NCBI GenBank assembly: GCA_964402615.1
Contig: CAYOCW010000001.1
Location: 5,100 to 69,099, forward strand
Reading direction: 5' to 3'
Length of the DNA stretch: 64,000 bases
Origin: an uncultured Cyanobium sp.
GTDB taxonomy: Bacteria > Cyanobacteriota > Cyanobacteriia > PCC-6307 > Cyanobiaceae
Shown here: piece after piece, positions 49,201 through 58,966 of the stretch
How the letters are laid out: each line of letters opens with the position of its first letter
How positions within the stretch are numbered: position 1 is the stretch's first letter
Notes under the pieces: generated by a model
The model's database searches: none
Seen by the model: only the letters and a program-made list of their open reading frames with translations
What the model was told of the DNA's origin: nothing
Translations under genes and position numbers: made by a program

Positions 49201-50439
49201 GTGGCCTTGGACGACCTGCTGGAGCCCTTCTCCAGCCGGGGCATCGATCTCGACCTGGGGCGTCTTCAAGCAGCCCTTGCCGAAGCCGGTCACCCCGAGC
49301 GCCGTTTTGCCGCCGTTCAGGTGGCCGGCACCAACGGCAAGGGCTCGATCTGCACCCTCCTGCACGCCATCCTGCGGGCCGCCGGGCTAAGGGTCGGCAC
49401 CTACCGCTCACCCCATCTGGTGAGTTGGTGCGAACGCATCCAGATCAACGACCGCTGGATCACCCCGCAGCAGCTGCGCGACGATGTGCAACAGTGGCGC
49501 CCCCTGGCCCAGCGCCACCGGCTCACGCCCTTCGAACTGCTGACGGCCGCGGCCTTCGGTCGCTTCGCCAACGAATCCCTTGATCTCGTGGTGCTGGAGG
49601 TGGGCCTGGGCGGCCGGCTCGATGCCACCACGGCCCACCCGGATCGCCGCGTGGTGGGGTTCGGCAGCATCGGCTTGGACCACCGCGAGCATCTCGGCGA
49701 CACCCTCGCCGCCATCGCTGCCGAGAAAGCTGGCGTGCTGCGACCAGCCCAGCAGGCGTTCAGCGCGGCCCAGGCGCCCGAGGCGGCCGCCGTGCTGACG
49801 GAGATGGCGCAGCGACAAGGGGCGGCGTTGCACTGGCTGGATCCGCTACCGGATGCGGCGGCTGGAGGTCCGGCAATCGGATTGCCGGGCGATGTTCAGC
49901 GACGCAATGGGGCCGTGGCCGTGGCGATGGCGCGGGCCCTGGACAGCATGGGTTGGCCCATCAGCGAGGCGGCAATCTGGCAGGGACTGGCCCGGGCCCG
50001 CTGGCCCGGACGGCTGCAGGAGTACCGCTGGCGGGGCAAGGTGATCCTGCTGGACGGCGCCCACAATCCCCCCGCGGCGGTCAACTTGCGCCAGGAGCTC
50101 ACGGCCCGTGATGGTCGGTCTCCACGCCGTTGGCTGTTGGGAATTCAGCGGCACAAAGAAGCGGGCCCGATGCTGCGGGCGTTGTTGCTCCCCAGCGACC
50201 AAGCCTTGATCACGCCGATCCCTGGCCATGCCAGCTGGGACCTGATCTCGCTGGCATCGGCCTGCCCGGAGTGCGCCGATCAGCTGCAGGCGGTGGCCGA
50301 TCCGGCTGAAGGGCTGGAGCGCTTGCTCCACGACAGCGCCTGCAGCTCGACCGCTGCGCCGCAACCCCTGCCCGTGGTGGCAGGTTCCCTGTATCTGCTC
50401 GGCGATCTGCTCAACCGCTGCGGCGCCGACCAGGGCTGA
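49201..50439 (+). CDS. folC: folylpolyglutamate synthase/dihydrofolate synthase; start uncertain
   Basis: VAGTNGKGS, SPHL, LEVGLGGRLDAT, WPGR, LDGAHN, GSLYL. Confidence 0.93.
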   Translation: MALDDLLEPFSSRGIDLDLGRLQAALAEAGHPERRFAAVQVAGTNGKGSICTLLHAILRAAGLRVGTYRSPHLVSWCERIQINDRWITPQQLRDDVQQWRPLAQRHRLTPFELLTAAAFGRFANESLDLVVLEVGLGGRLDATTAHPDRRVVGFGSIGLDHREHLGDTLAAIAAEKAGVLRPAQQAFSAAQAPEAAAVLTEMAQRQGAALHWLDPLPDAAAGGPAIGLPGDVQRRNGAVAVAMARALDSMGWPISEAAIWQGLARARWPGRLQEYRWRGKVILLDGAHNPPAAVNLRQELTARDGRSPRRWLLGIQRHKEAGPMLRALLLPSDQALITPIPGHASWDLISLASACPECADQLQAVADPAEGLERLLHDSACSSTAAPQPLPVVAGSLYLLGDLLNRCGADQG

Positions 50440-50659
50440 GGACAACCCCGGCTGGGGCGGCGGTCCGCGATGGGTCAGCATGGAAGCTGGCCGCAGCTTC
50501 CGAGCGGCCGCTTGCGAACCCATGGCCCGTTCCGGCTCACGCCTACGCTTGGATCGTCCCCTCGCTCGGCCCGGGCTGGGGCTGAGTCCCCAGGGATCTT
50601 GCCGTACCGGAGGCCGGGGCAACGCCACCTGGGCCGGGCAGCAGCGGACGGATCAGGCC

Positions 50660-51166
50660 ATGGTGCTCGAGGCGCGCCGCCGTCTGGGCTGGGAATGGCT
50701 GCTGCTGGTGCTGCTCCTGTTGTGGCTGGCGGTCTCCGCGCCGCTGCGAGCGGAGTTCAGCGGCGTCGATTACACGCTCACCAATCAGAACGGCGCCGAC
50801 TTCCACGGTCAGGTGTTGGCCAATACCTCCTTCGCCGGGGTCCAGGGACGGGCAGCCAACTTCGCCGGCGCCGACCTGCACGGGGCGATCCTCACCCAGG
50901 CGGCCTTCCCCGACGCCAACTTCCGCGACGCCGACCTCAGCGATGTGCTGATGGACAAGGTGGACTTCGCCGCTGCCGATTTCAGCGGTGCGGTGCTGCG
51001 GGGGGTGATCGCCACCGGCAGCAACTTCACGGGCGCCACGGTCGACGGCGCTGATTTCAGCGAAGCCTTGCTCGATCGGGCCGACCAGCGGGCTCTCTGC
51101 CGCGTGGCCCGCGGTCGCAATCCGATCACCGGCGTAGAGACCCGCCTCAGCCTAGGTTGCGGCTGA
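50660..51166 (+). CDS. secreted/lumenal pentapeptide-repeat protein
   Basis: Hydrophobic signal then A(N/D)F/L repeats; LC...G.NPITGVETRLSLGC terminus. Confidence 0.88.
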   Translation: MVLEARRRLGWEWLLLVLLLLWLAVSAPLRAEFSGVDYTLTNQNGADFHGQVLANTSFAGVQGRAANFAGADLHGAILTQAAFPDANFRDADLSDVLMDKVDFAAADFSGAVLRGVIATGSNFTGATVDGADFSEALLDRADQRALCRVARGRNPITGVETRLSLGCG

Positions 51167-51302
51167 GTCTGGCACTTGCCGCGGGGCTTGGCCGAGCTGA
51201 TCGCGGGCAGCCGTCGCGGCAGCTGAAGGCAGCAGATGCCCGCGGCCGTCGCCCGAGTGCGGCAAAGTGCCCTTCTAGTTGGGCCTGTGTTGTTTGGCGG
51301 AG

Positions 51303-52862
51303 ATGAGGCGCGCAGGTCATCGCGATCTGCGGGGGTTTCTCAGCCTGCTGGAGCAGCGGGGCCGGTTGCGGCGCATCAGCGCAGCGGTCGACCCCGACCT
51401 GGAGTTGGCGGCGATCGCCGATCGCGTGCTGGCGCGAGGCGGCCCAGCGCTGCTGTTTGAAAACGTGATCGGCTCCTCGATGCCGGTGGCGATCAACCTG
51501 CTGGGCACCCAGGAGCGGGTGCTCTGGAGCCTGGGGATGGAGCGGCCCGAGGAGCTCGAATCCCTTGGCGAGAAGCTGGCGCTGCTGCAACAGCCCCGTC
51601 CGCCCAAGGGGATCCGCGAGGCGGTGCGCTTTGGCTCGGTGCTGTTCGATGTGCTCAAGGCCCGGCCGGATCTGGATCTCACGCCGCCTTGCCGCCAACA
51701 GGTGTTCCAGGGGGAGCAGGTCAATCTCGATGCCCTGCCGCTGCTGCGCCCCTGGCCAGGCGATGGCGGCCGGATCATCACCTTGGGTCTGGTGATTACC
51801 AAGGATCCCGAAACCGGTACGCCGAATGTCGGTGTCTACCGATTGCAGCAGCAATCGATCAACACGATGAGCGTGCACTGGCTGAGTGTGCGCGGTGGGG
51901 CCCGACACCTGCGCAAGGCGGCAGCGCTGGGCAACAAGCTGGAGATCGCCATCGCCATCGGCGTGCATCCGCTGCTGGTGCTGGCGGCCGCCACACCGAT
52001 TCCGGTGCAGCTCAGCGAATGGCTGTTCGCCGGATTGTATGCCGGTGCAGGGGTGTGGTTGGCGAAGTGCAAGTCCGTCAACCTGGAGGTTCCCAGCCAC
52101 AGCGAGCTGGTGTTGGAAGGCACCATCACCCCGGGCGAGGAGCGGGCCGATGGTCCGTTCGGCGACCACATGGGCTTCTACGGGGGCGTCGAGGAGTCAC
52201 CCCTGGTACGGATTCAGTGCATCACCCAGCGGCGCCAGCCGATTTATTTCACCACCTTCAGCGGACGACCGCCCAAGGAGGACGCCATGTTGGCGATCGC
52301 CCTCAACCGCATCTACACACCGATCCTGCGTCAGCAGATTCCAGAAATCGTGGATTTCTTCCTGCCGATGGAAGGTCTTAGCTACAAGCTAGCTGTGATC
52401 GCCATTGACAAGGCCTACCCCGGTCAGGCACGACGCGCCGCCATGGCATTCTGGAGTGCGCTGCCCCAGTTCACATACACCAAGTTTGTGGTGGTGGTGG
52501 ACAAAGAGATCAATATCCGTGACCCGCGTCAGGTGATCTGGGCGATCAGTGCCCTGGTCGACCCCCAGCGGGATTTGTTCGTGCTGGAGGACACACCCTT
52601 TGACACGCTTGATTTCGCCAGCGAACGCCTCGGCCTCGGCGGACGCCTGGCGATCGATGCCACCACCAAAATCGGCCCCGAAAAACGGCACCCCTGGGGC
52701 GAACCGTTGCGGCGCCCCCCAGAGCTGGAAGCCCGCCTCGACGCGCGCTGGGCGGAACTCGGCCTGGCCGATCTCGATGCCGTGGCGCCCGATCCAGCCC
52801 TGTTTGGTTACACCCTTGAACATGTGCTGGAACGGCTGGCCGCCAAGGCTGGCGACCGCTGA
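51303..52862 (+). CDS. ubiD: UbiD-family decarboxylase
   Basis: GGPALLFENV, NVGVYR, GPFGDHMGFY, GRPPKED, DTLDFAS, IDATTK. Confidence 0.92.
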   Translation: MRRAGHRDLRGFLSLLEQRGRLRRISAAVDPDLELAAIADRVLARGGPALLFENVIGSSMPVAINLLGTQERVLWSLGMERPEELESLGEKLALLQQPRPPKGIREAVRFGSVLFDVLKARPDLDLTPPCRQQVFQGEQVNLDALPLLRPWPGDGGRIITLGLVITKDPETGTPNVGVYRLQQQSINTMSVHWLSVRGGARHLRKAAALGNKLEIAIAIGVHPLLVLAAATPIPVQLSEWLFAGLYAGAGVWLAKCKSVNLEVPSHSELVLEGTITPGEERADGPFGDHMGFYGGVEESPLVRIQCITQRRQPIYFTTFSGRPPKEDAMLAIALNRIYTPILRQQIPEIVDFFLPMEGLSYKLAVIAIDKAYPGQARRAAMAFWSALPQFTYTKFVVVVDKEINIRDPRQVIWAISALVDPQRDLFVLEDTPFDTLDFASERLGLGGRLAIDATTKIGPEKRHPWGEPLRRPPELEARLDARWAELGLADLDAVAPDPALFGYTLEHVLERLAAKAGDR

Positions 52863-52877
52863 CTCCCCCAGCCGCCG

Positions 52878-53456
52878 ATGGAGCTCCCGTCGCAACCTGG
52901 CGACCCCGCCGCCGCCACGGCAGCCAGCCCCCGGTCCAGACCAGGGCCGGAACCGCTGGGCTCCTGTCGGTCCCGTCCCCGGCTCGGGCCGGCCATCCTC
53001 GGCCGTCAGAGCCTGCATGCCCTCAAAGCGCTGATGCTGCTGGCGGAAGAGCCTCAGCGTTGGTTGTCCGTGGCGGATCTGGCCGCCCGCCAGCAGCTGC
53101 CGCAGGCGCTGCTGGAGCAGCAACTGCTGCAGTTGCGGCGGGCAGGACTGTTGCAGGCCCGCCGTGGCCGGAGCGGCGGGTATCGCCTGGCGATGCCCCC
53201 CCAAACGATCGATCTCGCCGCGGTGCTGGAGGCGTTGCGGCCCCACTCCTGGGCAGCCCTTGCGCAAACCGATGGGGCGGCGGATCCTCCCAACCCGCAG
53301 CAGGCCGCCGCCGATCGGGTGGCCGCGTTGCTGGAGCGTCGCCTCTGGCGCACCTTGGAGCAGGAGCTGCACAGCTGCACCTTGGCAGACCTGTTGCACG
53401 ATCTCCGCAGTGCCCGGGCTCTGTTGGGGGAGGAGGGGGGATGGTTGCTGGGCTGA
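52878..53456 (+). CDS. Rrf2-family transcriptional regulator
   Basis: ALKAL..LA, LEQQLLQLRRAGLLQARRGRSGGYRLA, TLADL. Confidence 0.85.
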   Translation: MELPSQPGDPAAATAASPRSRPGPEPLGSCRSRPRLGPAILGRQSLHALKALMLLAEEPQRWLSVADLAARQQLPQALLEQQLLQLRRAGLLQARRGRSGGYRLAMPPQTIDLAAVLEALRPHSWAALAQTDGAADPPNPQQAAADRVAALLERRLWRTLEQELHSCTLADLLHDLRSARALLGEEGGWLLG

Positions 53457-53632
53457 CTCGCCTCGCTGCCACCCCAGCTGGGGTCCGACAGCGCCGACAC
53501 GGACGGCCCGCTGCCGCCGCTCCGCGGGTCGGATGCCCCCACCGCCAGCGCGCTCGATCCTGCCGGGCGATCCTCTTAGCGTTGCGCCAGTCTTCCGTTC
53601 TCGGCCTGGCCGCAGCCATGGTGCCCACTCCC

Positions 53633-53944
53633 ATGTCGGATTCGGCCGGCGAGTTGCTGGAGCAGGTGCTCAACCCCCTGCTCGACGATTTTCAGCAGTC
53701 CTTTGAACGGGGTCTGGAGCTGCTCGATCAATGCCCCGATCGCGTGCTGCCCAGCGCCGCCCGCGATGACCTGCGCGAGCGCCTGCAACGGGCCCGCGCC
53801 GAACTTCAGGCCGCCCGGGCTCTGCGGGCCGCGGCTCCGGTGCCGATGGCCCTCGACATGGCCAGCATCTCGCCATGGCATGGCCTGGTTCTGGAGGTTT
53901 GGTCGCTGTCGGCCGCCCTGCGTCGCGCGGGGGAGCAGGCATGA
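53633..53944 (+). CDS. DUF2605-like conserved cyanobacterial protein
   Basis: LLEQVLNPLLDDFQQSFERG...PWHGLVLEVW. Confidence 0.7.
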   Translation: MSDSAGELLEQVLNPLLDDFQQSFERGLELLDQCPDRVLPSAARDDLRERLQRARAELQAARALRAAAPVPMALDMASISPWHGLVLEVWSLSAALRRAGEQA

Positions 53945-53991
53945 ACGCCGCGGTCGCTGCTCCATAGGATCGCCTGCACCGCAGCGCCACC

Positions 53992-55344
53992 GTGACGACT
54001 CCCAGCGCAACGTCCAACACCGCAGCCGCTGCGACAGCCATGGAGCCCTTGCAGCTGCGACCGGCCCAAGGGCTGCGCGGTCGCGTCCGGGTGCCGGGGG
54101 ACAAGTCGATCTCCCACCGCGCCCTGTTGTTCGGCGCGATCGCCCAGGGCGAAACCCGCATTGAAGGCTTGCTTCCGGCGGAGGATCCGCTCAGCACCGC
54201 CGCCTGCCTGCGCGCCATGGGCGTGGAGATCAGCCCGATCGTGGCCGGGGAAGCGGTGTTGGTGCGGGGCCTCGGCCTCGATGGCCTGCGCGAGCCGCAG
54301 ACCGTGCTCGATTGCGGCAACTCCGGCACCACCATGCGCCTGCTGCTGGGGCTGCTGGCCGGACGGGCCGGCCGCCATTTCGTGCTCAACGGCGATGCCT
54401 CACTGCGGCGCCGGCCGATGCGCCGCGTGGCCGAGCCGCTGGCCCGGATGGGGGCCACGATCGCTGGCCGCGCCGATGGCAACCTGGCGCCGCTGGCCAT
54501 CCAGGGACGGGCGCTGAGCGGTGCCGTGATCCACACGCCCGTAGCCTCCGCCCAGGTCAAAAGCGCCCTGCTGCTCGCGGCCCTCACGGCGGCGGCTGAA
54601 ACCACCGTGATCGAGCCCGTCCAGTCGCGGGATCACAGCGAGCGCATGCTGCGAGCCTTCGGTGCCGACCTCCAGGTCGACCCGACGGAGGCCACCCGGG
54701 TGACGCTGCGACCCGGCCGCGAGCTGCAGGGACTGTCGGTGGTGGTCCCCGGTGACATCAGCTCGGCCGCCTTCTGGTTGGTGGCCGGCGCCATCACGCC
54801 CGGCAGCGATCTGGTGGTGGAGAATGTGGGGCTCAATCCCAGCCGCACCGGCATCCTCGATGTGCTGGCCCAGATGGGGGCCGAGGTGGACCTGCTGGAC
54901 GAGCGAAGCGTGGCCGGAGAGCCGGTGGGCGACCTGAGGGTGCGCCACGCGGCGCTGCGACCCTTCAGCATCGAGGCGCCGCTGATCCCGCGGCTGGTGG
55001 ATGAAATCCCGGTGCTGGCGGTTGCCGCCTGCTGCGCCGAAGGGGTCAGCCGCATCGTGGGCGCCGAGGAGCTACGGGTGAAGGAGACCGATCGACTGGC
55101 GGTGATGGCCCGCCAGCTGGGAGCCATGGGGGCCCGAATCGAAGAACACGCCGACGGCCTCAGCATCAGCGGCCCTGCGCCGCTCCACGGCGCGGCGCTG
55201 AACAGCGAGACGGATCATCGGGTAGCGATGAGCCTGGCGGTCGCCTCCCTGGTGGCCCGCGGCGACACCTGGCTTGCCGATGCGGCCGCGGCGGCCGTGT
55301 CCTACCCGGGATTCTGGGATGACCTGGCGCGGCTGCGCGGCTGA
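53992..55344 (+). CDS. aroA: 3-phosphoshikimate 1-carboxyvinyltransferase
   Basis: [46 protein letters not shown]. Confidence 0.97.
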   Translation: MTTPSATSNTAAAATAMEPLQLRPAQGLRGRVRVPGDKSISHRALLFGAIAQGETRIEGLLPAEDPLSTAACLRAMGVEISPIVAGEAVLVRGLGLDGLREPQTVLDCGNSGTTMRLLLGLLAGRAGRHFVLNGDASLRRRPMRRVAEPLARMGATIAGRADGNLAPLAIQGRALSGAVIHTPVASAQVKSALLLAALTAAAETTVIEPVQSRDHSERMLRAFGADLQVDPTEATRVTLRPGRELQGLSVVVPGDISSAAFWLVAGAITPGSDLVVENVGLNPSRTGILDVLAQMGAEVDLLDERSVAGEPVGDLRVRHAALRPFSIEAPLIPRLVDEIPVLAVAACCAEGVSRIVGAEELRVKETDRLAVMARQLGAMGARIEEHADGLSISGPAPLHGAALNSETDHRVAMSLAVASLVARGDTWLADAAAAAVSYPGFWDDLARLRG

Positions 55345-56344
55345 TGCCGGCGGCAGCGAACCGGCAGCCGCCCCGGAGATCGCTGCCCCGTTGGCCAATC
55401 TGCAGGCGCCGCTGCGCTGGCGGCTCACGGCCGATGGCAGCCCCAGCCTGTGGAGCGACGCGTTCGGACAGGCGTTTCACTGCCACTCCGGCGCCCGACG
55501 CGAAGCCGAGGCCAAGTTCATGCGGCCGGCCCAGCTGCAACGCTTCCCCCCGGGCAGCCGCCTGGTCGTGGTGGAGGTTTGCGTGGGCCTCGGATACAAC
55601 ACGGCGGCGCTGCTGGAAGGGGTGAGCGACCACGGCCTCAGCCTGGACTGGTGGGGGCTGGAGCTGGATCCACAGCCGCTGGCTCTCGCGCTCGGCAACC
55701 CCCGCTTCCGCGATCTCTGGAGACCGCAGACGCTGACGGCCTTGGAGCAGCTGCGCGATCGGGGCCACTGGCGCCAAGCGGGGCTGGAGTCAGGCCAGAA
55801 CAGCAGCGGCCGCTGGTGGCTTGGCGATGCCCGACAGCAGCTGCACAACCTGCCGCCGGCGGTGTGGGGCTGCTGCGACCTGGTGCTCCTCGACGCCTTC
55901 TCTCCGGGGCAATGCCCCCAGCTGTGGACGTTGGAGTTCCTCGGCCACCTGGCGGCGCTGCTATCCCCCCACGGGCGACTGCTCACCTACTGCAGCGCCG
56001 CCGCCGTGCGACACGCTTTGCAACGCTCCGGTCTGCAGTTGGCGAGCCTCAGGCCCGTGCACGAGCAGACAGAACGGGGGCCAGCCGAGGCTGCCCAGCC
56101 AGGCCGCCACTGGAGCGATGGCACCGTAGCCTCCCCCGCGGCGCTACCCAGCGATGCACTGCTGCGCCACCTGGATGGGATGGAGCAGGAGCACCTGCTC
56201 ACCCGCGCTGCCGTGCCCTACCGCGATCCCCTCGGCAACGCCGAACCGGAGGCGATTCAGACGCGGCGCCGCCTGGAGCAGGAGCGCAACCCTGCGCTGA
56301 GCAGCACCAGCGCCTGGCGCCGCCGCTGGGGGATCGAGACTTGA
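55319..56344 (+). CDS. MnmC-like SAM-dependent methyltransferase; start uncertain
   Basis: [45 protein letters not shown]. Confidence 0.82.
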   Translation: MTWRGCAADAGGSEPAAAPEIAAPLANLQAPLRWRLTADGSPSLWSDAFGQAFHCHSGARREAEAKFMRPAQLQRFPPGSRLVVVEVCVGLGYNTAALLEGVSDHGLSLDWWGLELDPQPLALALGNPRFRDLWRPQTLTALEQLRDRGHWRQAGLESGQNSSGRWWLGDARQQLHNLPPAVWGCCDLVLLDAFSPGQCPQLWTLEFLGHLAALLSPHGRLLTYCSAAAVRHALQRSGLQLASLRPVHEQTERGPAEAAQPGRHWSDGTVASPAALPSDALLRHLDGMEQEHLLTRAAVPYRDPLGNAEPEAIQTRRRLEQERNPALSSTSAWRRRWGIET

Positions 56345-56380
56345 GGGCCGCGGCTGCGCCGGATGCGGCTCCAACGCGGC

Positions 56381-57064
56381 TCAGCGAGCCTTGAGGAACT
56401 CCGGAAAGAGCACCAGGGCCAGAGAGCGGTGCAGCAACCCCTCCAGCTTGACCAGATCCTGCGCACGGCCGGGATCGGCCAGGGCCCTGTCCGCCAGCTG
56501 CAGGATTCGCAGAATCTGGCGATTGACGATTCCGGTGGAGCGTCTCTCCTCGGTGAGCAGCACCTGCTCGGGGAGACGGCCCAGGAAGAGGTCCGGATCC
56601 GCTTGGGGACCGGCGAGAGCGGCGGCCGCTGCGGCGATCGCGGTGGGCGCCAGCCCGAGGACCAGCAGCATCGCTTGCGATTCCGTGCGGGCTGTGTACG
56701 CGCTGTCGTCGTCGTAGTCGAACAGCAGGCGACCGGGCCCGAGCAGCAGCTCCTGGCCGCGGTGCTGGATGCGGGCTCGGCCAACCAAGCTGATGCGCAC
56801 GTTGGCCGAGCCCGCCAAGGTGCGCTCACCCTCCAGCCGCAAACCGTTGTGGGCGGTGACCAGCGCCTTCACAGAACCGAACTGCAGGGCGGTCTGCCGA
56901 TGCAGGAAGGGCACCCCCTGGCGCAGAGGTTCGCAGGCGCGGATGGGCACGACCTCGTAGTACTGAGCCGCCACCTGTTGCCAGTCCTCCGTTGCGACTT
57001 CCTGCTGGGCAGCAAAGGGCAGCTGGATGGATCGCACCCATTCAATCGTGTTGACGGTGGTCAT
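56381..57064 (-). CDS. AraC-type N-terminal sensor-domain protein lacking the HTH (possibly truncated)
   Basis: 227 aa from ATG 57064; aligns by eye with the N-terminal part of the 39666-40699 AraC (LPF...P[IV]R.CEPL; L.L..LL.R...L.L.PE) but ends before any HTH. Confidence 0.6.
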   Translation of the reverse strand: MTTVNTIEWVRSIQLPFAAQQEVATEDWQQVAAQYYEVVPIRACEPLRQGVPFLHRQTALQFGSVKALVTAHNGLRLEGERTLAGSANVRISLVGRARIQHRGQELLLGPGRLLFDYDDDSAYTARTESQAMLLVLGLAPTAIAAAAAALAGPQADPDLFLGRLPEQVLLTEERRSTGIVNRQILRILQLADRALADPGRAQDLVKLEGLLHRSLALVLFPEFLKAR

Positions 57065-57509
57065 AAGAAGTGGATGTGGATGTAGATGGCTTGTGTAGAT
57101 CTGGTGTCGGAAGACTTTTCGCCGACTCCCAGGGATTTTGCAAAGTAGCAAATACCAGCAGGGACCACTGCCATTGCCAGGTTTATGGCCAAATAGTTGG
57201 CATCTGGAGAGGCTGAAGACTGCTGGGTGAATAGTTCGGCGTGAGCAGATCAGACGAAGCGCCGGCCACGACATGGCCAGGCGGGTGGGGCGTGGGAACC
57301 ACGGAACGGAAGCATGGCTTGGTCGTTGGCAGCATCGCAAGCGACATCGAAACCGTATCAACCCATGCTCAACTCACCCGAACCGGGGCAATGGGGGCCG
57401 AACCTGGTGCTGATCCCGTCGCGGCAGCAGCGGTGTGCCATCCCCGGCGCGGGCGGGACGCTCCACGGACAGCGCCTAGATTCCGGCCCAGTTCTCGCCA
57501 CGCCAGCCC

Positions 57510-58907
57510 ATGCTCGCCGTCGCCATCCTGGCCGCTGGGAAGGGCACCCGCATGAAAAGCGACCTGCCCAAGGTTCTCCAACCCCTGGCCGGCGCCACCT
57601 TGGTGGAGCGGGTGCTGGGCAGCTGTGAGCGGCTGCGCCCCTCGCGGCAGCTGTTGATCGTCGGTCACCAGGCGGAGCGGGTGCAGGCGTCGCTGGAGGC
57701 GATGGCGGGGCTGGAGTTCGTGCTCCAGCAGCCGCAGAACGGCACCGGCCATGCAGTTCAACAGCTCCTGCCCAACCTGGCCGATTTCAACGGTGACCTG
57801 CTGGTGCTCAATGGCGATGTGCCGCTGCTGCGACCGGAAACGCTGGAGCAGCTCCTGGACCTGCATCGCTGCCGGGGCGCCGCCGTGACCTTGCTCAGCG
57901 CCCGGCTGGAAGACCCCAGCGGCTACGGCCGCGTGTTCGCAGCGCCGGATGGCAGCGTGGACGCCATCGTGGAGCATCGAGACTGTACGCCGGAGCAGCG
58001 CCGCAATACGCTGACCAATGCTGGCATCTACCTGTTCGACTGGCCTCGGCTGGCGGCGGTGCTGCCGCAGCTCCGCAGCGACAACGATCAGGGCGAGCTC
58101 TACCTCACAGACACGGTGGCTCTGCTGGGGTCGGCCTGCCACCTCGAGGTGGAGGATTCCAGCGAGGTGCTCGGCATCAACGACCGTGTTCAGTTGAGCC
58201 AGGCCGAGGCAGTGCTGCAGGAGCGCCTGCGTCGCCACTGGATGCTGGCCGGGGTGACCTTCACCGATCCGGCCAGCTGCAGCCTCAGCGAGGGCACGCG
58301 CTTTGGCCGGGATGTGGTGGTGGAGCCCCAGTGTCATTTTCGCGGTCAGACGCTGGTGGGCGACGGCTGTCGCATCGGCCCCGGCTGCCTGATCGAAGAC
58401 AGCCGACTCGGCGAGGGCGTGGAGGTGCTCTACGCCGTGCTGCGCGACAGCACGGTCGCGCCGGGCTGCAGCATCGGCCCGTTTGCCCAGCTGCGGGCCG
58501 GGGCTGAGCTGGCGCGCGGCTGCCGCATCGGCAACTTCGTGGAGGTCAAGAACAGTCAGCTCGGCGAGGCCGTCAAGGCCAACCATCTCAGTTACCTCGG
58601 CGACGCCACGATCGGCGCCGAGGTCAACATCGGCGCCGGCACGATCACCGCCAACTACGACGGCGTGCGCAAACATCGCACCGTGATCGGCGCTGGCAGC
58701 AAGACGGGCGCCAACTCCACCCTCGTCGCGCCGATCCAGCTGGGCGAGGGGGTGACCATTGGCGCGGGCTCAACGCTGACCCAGGATGTGCCGGCTGGAG
58801 CCCTGGCCCTGGGGAGGTCCCGCCAGGTGATCAAGGCCAACTGGCCTGGGGTTGGCCGCCGTCAACGCAGCATGGATCCGCCGCACCTGGAGGACCAGCC
58901 AGGCTGA
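57510..58907 (+). CDS. glmU: bifunctional UDP-GlcNAc pyrophosphorylase/glucosamine-1-P acetyltransferase
   Basis: [44 protein letters not shown]. Confidence 0.97.
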   Translation: MLAVAILAAGKGTRMKSDLPKVLQPLAGATLVERVLGSCERLRPSRQLLIVGHQAERVQASLEAMAGLEFVLQQPQNGTGHAVQQLLPNLADFNGDLLVLNGDVPLLRPETLEQLLDLHRCRGAAVTLLSARLEDPSGYGRVFAAPDGSVDAIVEHRDCTPEQRRNTLTNAGIYLFDWPRLAAVLPQLRSDNDQGELYLTDTVALLGSACHLEVEDSSEVLGINDRVQLSQAEAVLQERLRRHWMLAGVTFTDPASCSLSEGTRFGRDVVVEPQCHFRGQTLVGDGCRIGPGCLIEDSRLGEGVEVLYAVLRDSTVAPGCSIGPFAQLRAGAELARGCRIGNFVEVKNSQLGEAVKANHLSYLGDATIGAEVNIGAGTITANYDGVRKHRTVIGAGSKTGANSTLVAPIQLGEGVTIGAGSTLTQDVPAGALALGRSRQVIKANWPGVGRRQRSMDPPHLEDQPG

Positions 58908-58966
58908 GCAGCCAAGCCGGCGCCAAGGTCAAGCGCCAGGCCAGAAGGGGCGAGCAAGGGCCAACG

